From positions 62,001 to 126,000 of IMG/VR virus record IMGVR_UViG_3300008113_000003: a stretch of DNA of 64,000 bases; one strand, given 5' to 3'. The number at the start of each line of letters is the position of its first letter. Positions within the stretch are counted from its first letter, which is position 1. The notes under the pieces are model-generated. The model had not been told where the DNA came from. It saw only the letters and a program-made list of their open reading frames with translations, and did no database searches. Shown in pieces: positions 26,125 through 34,800 of this stretch. The position numbers and the translations under genes are program-made.

Positions 26125-28856
26125 TAGAAGTCAATTGTAGCTTGTATTACGACCATATCAGAATTATATTTTCTTGTTATTGGTTCTGAAAATTTACCAA
26201 TAGCCACCATAACACCATCAGTATCAAAAATACCTATTTGTGTAAACGCAACTTTATCTTGGTCAGCATTAAAAGTTGGGTTATCGGTTGATATATATTG
26301 ATTAGGTAGCACGTTACAAGTTAATTGTGTTTTATATATTGTGGCTTTAATATCAGTTTCTATATTACCAAAGAAAAATACCTCATCACCAAAGCTAAAA
26401 TCTGTGGATGAGATACCAGGTATGGTAATATAATCACTTAAATTATAGATATCCGTCTCACTATTGTCAAGCATATATTGATCAATATTTACTCTAAGAG
26501 CTGATATGGTATCTTTTGTTAAAACATTTGTTGATACTGTTTGACCAGCACCAGAATTATCTAAGTAGAACATTGTTATTTCACTACCCTGTGTTGGTGT
26601 GAAATTTAACTCAACACGTCTATCGTCAATTGTTTCATTTGTAACAAAAACACCATATGTTGTTGCATTTAATAACATACCTTTATAGAACAACCAAACT
26701 GTTGAGTTATTTGGTTGTTTATCCAATTTAAGTGATATCCTGTTAGGTGCTATTGTTGATTTATAAATTGCGTTAGCGTTTGTGTTTGAGTTAATTGTTG
26801 CTAATGAAGGTACTGTTATAACTTGTTTAATCGTCTTAGATGTAATACTAGTACCTGTTAAGTAATAAATTTGTAAAAGATCTGGGCTTACACCATAACC
26901 TTGTCCAAAAACAATAACCCTTCTATTATTAGGCCCAACAGCGTATGTTGTTGGATATGCATAATACGTTCCGTCACTCAAAGTATCATCCGATGCTTGT
27001 GTTTGTACAGTACCGTTAAAAATCACAATTATTTCACCAACTGGTGTATTCCCTAATTCAAAAACATCAAAAACGTTAACATCAATAACCGAATGAGATG
27101 CTAATTTATCAACATCGTAATCAAGAATATCAGCGTGTAATTCAAAATTAGTACCGCTTATATTCATAACACCAGTCACACAACCATTTGTACCTAAAAA
27201 CCCACTCACATCAATATAAGCCCAGTTAGTTGGGTCAGGTTTAATACCAGTTGACGACTTTTGCCACAACATTAGTATTTGATTGGTTTTATAACCAATA
27301 CCAGTTTCATCCTCATAATCTTTTAAGAATGAAAATTCGGTGTAGTTTGGATCCTCTATTTTTTTATTAAACTGAAATAAAACATCTTTTGGTGTTGTGG
27401 TTGTGTTTTGTATTGTTGTATAATCCTCACAATGCATACCAGTTATACCAGCACTATCAATAAACATATACGTTACATACAAATACTCACCTGGCTGTAA
27501 AATACCAGTTGTGCTTGTGTTACCACAAACACCTGGTTCTGTTAAATTTAACAGCGGTTTTGGTAATGTCCAGTTTCTGTTTGATTTATAAGATAAAGCT
27601 GATAATAGTTCAGGGTCTTCAATTATAACAATTTTTTCATCAACAAAAACTTTACCAACAACATTTTTATCGTTTTCTTGGTCAACAAGATCATAGTATG
27701 GGTATTTTGTAAGGCCTAAACCAGCCTGTGTTGTCTCATTTAAATATTGTAGCTGAGTATCAGCCACAAACGTGTAACCAACCGTATCAGCAACACCATT
27801 TGTAAATTGTTGTTTATGCCACATTATATGAGGAACTTTAAGTTTAAACGTTGAACGGTAAAAACCTTCACCGTAAAAGTTAGAAACCGTGTTATTTGTA
27901 TAATGTATAACCCCTATTTTTGAATTGGTGTTGTAATAGTTAAAATTTATTGCCGTACCTAAATAATCTTTTGATACAACATCGTACTTAGATTTGTCGA
28001 CTGTTGAGTCTAAACCTATTATGTCCTCAATATTAATAATATTCATATTCCAAACAGGAACATCCAGTTCAGATTGTGTATTATTGTTTGAGAAATCTAG
28101 TAACCCCCCTTGCCAGTAAGCTATTGGGCTTGCCTGATCATAATAATCTTTAATGGTATCTTTACCAGGGTAAATAAACGCATCAACTTCATAAGAATCA
28201 AAGGTTGGTAAATCACGATCAACGATAATTGTGATTGTTGTACCGCTCGTCAAACCAGTTAAATTATATGTGGGTGCACTATTAATAGATTTAATGACGT
28301 ACATCAAATATTGAACGGGTTCAACTGTTATTTGATCAGCTGGTACTTGTGTTGTTGTATAATTTGTTGTATAACCGCTTGTTTTAAATTTAACAAACAG
28401 ATAGTCACCCTCTTTTATGGTTGTGTCATATGAAGAATTTATTGTACCACCATTATAAGTTAAATCAAGAGCTGTGGAACTAGTAGCTGTTGTACCAGTT
28501 AATGGACCAGCTAACCACAAATTTGAATCAATGCTTATTGTTGAGCCAGTTGTATCATAATTAAAAAAACCTCTTTCTATTGCTGATGCGTAAACCTCAT
28601 TTGGTATTGCATTAACGATTGTTATTGGGTTTAGAACGTTAATACCGTCATATGTTAATGGTAAGCTCAAACCTAATACATTATCCGATGGTCTTAAAAT
28701 ATTAACATTTGGAAATGAATCGTTTGAATAATCCATTTCGCCATCCCCAAGACCAAAATATGTGAAATTTAAGGTCCCTTCAGCTAGATTTCTCCTACCG
28801 TTATTGGTTAATTTAACATTAACTAACGGATCGTTTTTCTTAATTATATAGCTCAT
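26124..28856 (-). CDS. baseplate/tail-fibre-attachment protein (910 aa) with tail-collar-like N- and C-motifs
   Basis: N-terminal VKLTNNGRRNLA.G...TYFGLGDGEMDY and C-terminal FTQIGIFDTDGVMVAIGKFSEPI, both P2 gpH/DUF3751-like. Confidence 0.72.
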   Translation of the reverse strand: MSYIIKKNDPLVNVKLTNNGRRNLAEGTLNFTYFGLGDGEMDYSNDSFPNVNILRPSDNVLGLSLPLTYDGINVLNPITIVNAIPNEVYASAIERGFFNYDTTGSTISIDSNLWLAGPLTGTTATSSTALDLTYNGGTINSSYDTTIKEGDYLFVKFKTSGYTTNYTTTQVPADQITVEPVQYLMYVIKSINSAPTYNLTGLTSGTTITIIVDRDLPTFDSYEVDAFIYPGKDTIKDYYDQASPIAYWQGGLLDFSNNNTQSELDVPVWNMNIINIEDIIGLDSTVDKSKYDVVSKDYLGTAINFNYYNTNSKIGVIHYTNNTVSNFYGEGFYRSTFKLKVPHIMWHKQQFTNGVADTVGYTFVADTQLQYLNETTQAGLGLTKYPYYDLVDQENDKNVVGKVFVDEKIVIIEDPELLSALSYKSNRNWTLPKPLLNLTEPGVCGNTSTTGILQPGEYLYVTYMFIDSAGITGMHCEDYTTIQNTTTTPKDVLFQFNKKIEDPNYTEFSFLKDYEDETGIGYKTNQILMLWQKSSTGIKPDPTNWAYIDVSGFLGTNGCVTGVMNISGTNFELHADILDYDVDKLASHSVIDVNVFDVFELGNTPVGEIIVIFNGTVQTQASDDTLSDGTYYAYPTTYAVGPNNRRVIVFGQGYGVSPDLLQIYYLTGTSITSKTIKQVITVPSLATINSNTNANAIYKSTIAPNRISLKLDKQPNNSTVWLFYKGMLLNATTYGVFVTNETIDDRRVELNFTPTQGSEITMFYLDNSGAGQTVSTNVLTKDTISALRVNIDQYMLDNSETDIYNLSDYITIPGISSTDFSFGDEVFFFGNIETDIKATIYKTQLTCNVLPNQYISTDNPTFNADQDKVAFTQIGIFDTDGVMVAIGKFSEPITRKYNSDMVVIQATIDF

Positions 28857-28868
28857 TTTTTGTTTTTA

Positions 28869-28878
28869 TATAAATATC
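28869..28878 (-). promoter_or_regulatory. GATATTTATA putative late-promoter motif
   Basis: Ends 12 nt upstream of the ATG at 28856. Confidence 0.6.
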
Positions 28879-28892
28879 GTTATTTTATAAAT

Positions 28893-31800
28893 TTATGGTA
28901 GGCTTATGTAATCTCTTGGGTCAACCGTGTCAATTGTTAAATTATTTGCACCGTCAAAGTCAATTTTAACAACTCTACCTTCACTTATATCTTTTAATTT
29001 TATTGTTCTTGTTATTAATCTACCAACATTTGTTTTTGTTGACACAAAATACCCATTTTCAATACCATTATCGTTTGTATCAAATAATGCGTAATTATCC
29101 ATGAAACCTGACTTATATCTACTAAGATTTCTTGTTACATCAGTTTTAACACTAATTGTAATAGATTCTCCGTAATTAACAACAATGTTTTCGTCAAAAT
29201 ATTTATTTTTTGTTAACACCCTATTGTATAAAGTACTATTAGATGTGTTATTTTCAACAATAACAGTGACATTTGAGGCACCGTTTTGGTTGATGATTAA
29301 TCTAACTTCTGGTTTAAATCCAGTTATTAACTCAACATTTTCAGGTAATGGTGGTGCTGTCATTATTCTAGGTTTTAATTGGTCTAATTTTGTCAAATCA
29401 GCTTCAAATAAAACACCAAATATTGTTTTTGCTGTATGCCCACAAGGATTTGTTATGGTTAAACCACCAATAAACTCACCAGTTAACGGTAATCCGTTAT
29501 CATCTCTTTCATAATAATAGTCCATTATTATGTCATTTTCTATTCTTCTAAATCCAGTTAAACCGTATTCTTTAACACTTCTAAGGTTTGTGTTTTTAGC
29601 ATCAAATAGTTTATTAACACCGTTTAATAATTTAGCGTTCGTTGTTGCACCACTAAATGTTTGTTCGGTAAATGATGTTTTTAATTTTAAATTCTTATCA
29701 AAGAAATATAAATTATTTTTTGTGGTTGTATCAAGTGATTCGATTTTACCTTCATAAATTTTAACTTTACACCTATCTTTTTTAAATGTAAATTTATTAA
29801 CTAACATAAAGTCACGTTCTTCCCAGTTAGTTGATAGATGAGGTTCTGTTGTTGTTGAAAATGATCCAACCCCATTAACCGTTCTATATAAAACGTTTCT
29901 ACTAACAGTGTATTTTTTACTGTGATAATTAGAATTACTATTATACGTAGTACCAGTCGCTATAAAACCTAATATACCGTTATCTTCAGTTGTTCTTGCT
30001 AAACGGTGGAACATTGGTTGTATATTAAATGGGCCGTTAATGTACATCCAAAGTACTTGGCCACATAATAATGGCGATAAGAAACTTGGGACTACTTGTG
30101 TAAGCGTATAACTATTTTGTATTAAATTAGTGTCTTGTGTACCACTAAAAGTCATTAAACTGTCCGTAGTACCCGTGTAATTTAATGTTGATCCAGTAAT
30201 CCTAAAATAACTTAAAATGTCAGAATTTTCCGATATTGTATTGGTATCTCCAGGTAATGTTGTGTAGAACATATCTGCAATCAATATATTTGTTGACCCA
30301 GTAAATGGTAAAGAATAAGTATAACCACCTGAGTTAGCAGTTGTTGGTAATAAATTTTTAACCCTATAAGCCGATGGCCCAAGCGAATATAGATTTGGAT
30401 TGGTTGTTACACCAGTAATATCTTTAGTCCAAAATGGGTTATTTGCGTTTGCACCAGTTATTGGCATTTCATACCAGCCAGTACCACCTGTTGGTGATGT
30501 TCCAGCGGTAGTACCCGTTGGGTTATACCAAAAACTATATTTAGAATCAATCGAAAAATTAGATCCTGGGTAATAAACGATTTCACCAGCAAAATAATCA
30601 TTTGTTGGGTCCCAGGTTAACGGTTTATTATAAACATATTCATATAAATCATATATTGCTGTTGAACCAGAACCACTAATATAGACTTTAGCAATATCAC
30701 CTAAATTTAATTTTTGAGTTGGTGATCCGTTTAATAGTATTGGTTCTGAATATCTGTATGGTGCAACATTTGGTTTAACGATTTCATAGTTAGGTAACTT
30801 ATCGTACCCTATTGGTGTAAATCTTTTTAGATCGTAATTTTCAATAGGTATAAAACAAGTTCTGGCACCATTTGGCCTGTATATTGGGTGTATTTCAAAT
30901 GTACTTGATGAACCAGATATTTTACACAAATGATCCGCTGTTATATCCTCAATACAAACATATAATCTATCAACATCAATTGTTTCAACTGTTGTACCAC
31001 TTGTAGTTTCTACAACTTTTCTATAATCATTTAATTTAATTTTAACTATGTCATTTATAACATAGTTATTTACGCTAGAACTAAAATAAGGTACGACTGC
31101 TAAAATATCTTTATATAGTTTTGTACCGTAAACACTATTCTCCTTTTTAAAGTAACCGTATGTTGAACCGCTGATTAGTTTATATCTTTTTTTAGAGATT
31201 AAACTTTCGGATAAATTGGTGTTAAAATCTAATTGGTTGTAGTCGGCAAGACCCTCATCATATCCAATAAAATCAATGGTTGTACCAGTAACTTCAACAT
31301 CATTCTTATACAATTTTAAAAAGGTATAATCTAATTTATTAAGGTTAGCGGTTCTAAGTTTTGGTGTTTTACCGATAAAAATACTTTTTGTTATATTAAC
31401 ATTTTCAATTGTTTGTGGTGTGTTACCTAAATAATTACCTGTAGATGTAATCGTGTACGATTTTTCTAACCCAGGAAATGAGTAGTATATTTGAACACTG
31501 TCGCTATAATACGTAGGAGTATTCGTTAATTCTTTACCTCTAACTGTTAACTCAAAATCAACATAATCGTTATTAAAGTTTTTTTCGTAAATTGAAACAT
31601 CACCGATTTGCGAGGTAGCCTTGTTTTTCTCAAAATATTTACCATACAATAAACCAAAATTATTAACTTCATCATACGACTGATTTATATTTAGTTTATG
31701 TACAAATTGGTACCTGTCAAAACTATTATCTATTTTAGTTAAGTATCTATCAATTGTGTGGTCATCGTTATAACCAATTGGCTCTATTGATAAAGCATCT

Positions 31801-34800
31801 TCAAAATAGTGGTTGTTAATTAAACCCCTACCACCATTAAAGTAAACCCTAAATCTAGGGTCATCTAATGAATCGTAGGTGGTTTCATTAGCGTAATCTA
31901 TATCAATTGTCTCATATCTAGATAGTTTACATGACTTACCTATCGGTTCAATAACCAAATAAACTTTTGTGTCGACAAAAAATACCCCTTCATGTGTAAA
32001 ATTAACCACTCTAAGTAAACTTTCATCAGCGCCACTAAAATTAAATAATTGCTCATATATTATAACCCCAAATTGGTCCATTAATTTAATTAAAACCGAT
32101 TGTTGTGTAGCAAATTCTGATTCAAAAAACAGGTCAATATCAAATTTAAAGTACTTATTTTGTTTTATTAAGAAATAACCATTACTTAAACTAATATTAC
32201 GATTAACAATATTGAAATTTGTATTAAGTGACTCAAAATCAATATAGTTATTTTTGTCTGGAATCAATTCTAAAGATTCGACTAATGTCTGTGTTGCGAT
32301 TGAATTCTCGTCTGGTGTGTAAAAAGGACCAAGTTTGTCTTCATCTAGTGAATAAAACCCGTCAAATGATAAAGTATTAGAATCACTTATATATAATTCA
32401 TCATTTAATAAATTATCAATAACTTTATAGGTTTCCTGATCCGTTGCACCACTATATACTTGATACAAGTATAATGATTTAGTTAAATTAAATGATATTC
32501 TATCCGATAAAGGGTTAATTAAATTCTTTTTAAGATAGGCGGAATTTATATGCATATAAGGATCCGTTGTTGTCCTACCTGTATAATGTTGATACATACC
32601 AGGAACCACTGTTGTGACTGTTGTACCAGTTGGTGTTGTTGTTGTACCAGTAACGGTATCAAACGTAACTTCATAATAAGTTGAGCTATGTTTTACAATA
32701 TCACCTTTATAATAAACCACACCGTTTGTCCAAATATTTTCTTTCTGGTATGGTATAATCCAATTAGATGCCGCACCGTACAAAGCATTATTTGGTTTTG
32801 TTGTTGCGGTATTTTTTGAATAACCGTAATATTTGGCTTGTTCAATTGTTAAATATTTACCAGATTCATCATAATAATCGGTAATACCAGCTGTAGACAT
32901 TGATATTGTATCTCCAGTAAATTTAAAATAGCATGTATGTGGTTTTGGTATTGGGCATAAGAAGTCTACGTCAGCTGCTAAATGTGCATGCCCAAAAGAT
33001 ATTGCCTCAATGTAATAATTTCTTTCATCAATTGATGTCGCATCCAATGGAACGCCATCCAATTTTAGATCTATAATTTTATTTGTTGATCCAAAATAAC
33101 CGCTGTTATAGAATGTTAAATAACCAGTTGTTGATGTAATTGAGCTAGAGTGGTTAACAATACCCGACCCACCACCTTCACTCACTAAAGTTGTTCCAGC
33201 TGTTGTTTTACCGTCATGTATCGTTAAATCATCCCCAGTATTTGTTGTAAAAGTTATTTGGTATGTACCAGGACCTTCTGGTAATTTAACAACATGAGTG
33301 TTACCCACAATAGGGTCTGGTGTTAATAATATGGTATTTGAATCTTTAAATGTTAATGTTTTTGCATCAGCATCAAAAGGTATGTACTCATATACCATCT
33401 CACCATTAACCGTTAATGAATCAGGGGTATGCTTCTGCATTAAAACCAAATCAGTTATTTCAACATCATTCGGAAAATTCCTCATATTCCAAATTGTAAA
33501 ATAATTTGTTGTAAACGTTAAATCTTTTGAGTATGTTCTCGTTGTACCGCTAAGACCACTAATACCATCTAATTGTGTACCACTTATATAACCATCATAG
33601 ATAAGTAAATCATCTAAACCTTCTAATGTGAATGTCACCTTATATGTACCAGGGCCATTTGGTAATGTTATCGTATCCGTATCATAACCAGCGTCTAATA
33701 AAACATAACTCTTTCTAAACTCTGGATAGGTATTAATCTGAATTGGATTAATGAATAGAGTGTTGGTATTTAATCTATATAATTTATTGTCATATGTGAT
33801 AAAAGTACCATTTTTTTGCGTTTCAGTAAGTGGTATAACAAATAAATCGGATATGTAACAATCAGAACCGTAGTTAAGATCATTATAAAACGATAGTGAG
33901 CTTGTACCAGCTGTTACTACTGAACTATAAGTAAGCGTAGAACCTGAGGTGTATGGTAAATTAGCCAATAACGGGCTACCGTTATTTGGACCATTATAAA
34001 CAACAAGATCATCGTTGCTCGTGTATTTAAATGTAAGTAAATAATCACCTGATCCAGGTAATGTAATTTGTTTACTAATTGGGTAATAATTAGGCCCCAC
34101 GGTGTTATCACCTATACCAAATGATGGTACGTTACCTTTATTTACATTTCCGTAATATAACAAATCGTTACCAAAATCTAAGCCATCTTCCCATTTATAT
34201 ATTTGTACATCTGAATTACAAGCATCTTCTATACCATAGTAAAAACCGAAATATTCATTAATAGTCGGATCGTATCCAATGTAGTTTTTACCTTTAAAAC
34301 CTTCAAATGTAAATGTTGAGGATTCCCCAACAATTGGTAATTTATTGGTACCAATTGGATTAAATGGGTTTGTTAAACCTTGGTTAACAGGTCTTTTTGC
34401 TAATTCCTGAAATTCAGAACCATCTGTACCTAACCAACTAACGCTATTGTTTAAACCATGTTTATAGATAAATTTATTATCCATAAACTTAGAGTTCTGT
34501 ATTTTCTTACCCGCATTTAATATTGTTGTTGCTGGTGTAAATTGTTGAACTAATTTTACCCAAGATGAGTCAAAATAACTTAAGAATTCTAAATCTTTTG
34601 TGTTTGTCATTGGTGACGAAACGGAATTTAGATAGTCGTAATATATTTTTGTTAGCGTTGGGTATGTTTTAATTGTTTTTCTGTTATCTGGCTTGATGTA
34701 ATTATCAAGTGATTTTTGTAAAAACTGGTTAAAAGTTAAATCACCACCATTAATTGTTGGTACAAAAGCGAAGTTTAAATCACTATTAATATCAACAGCA

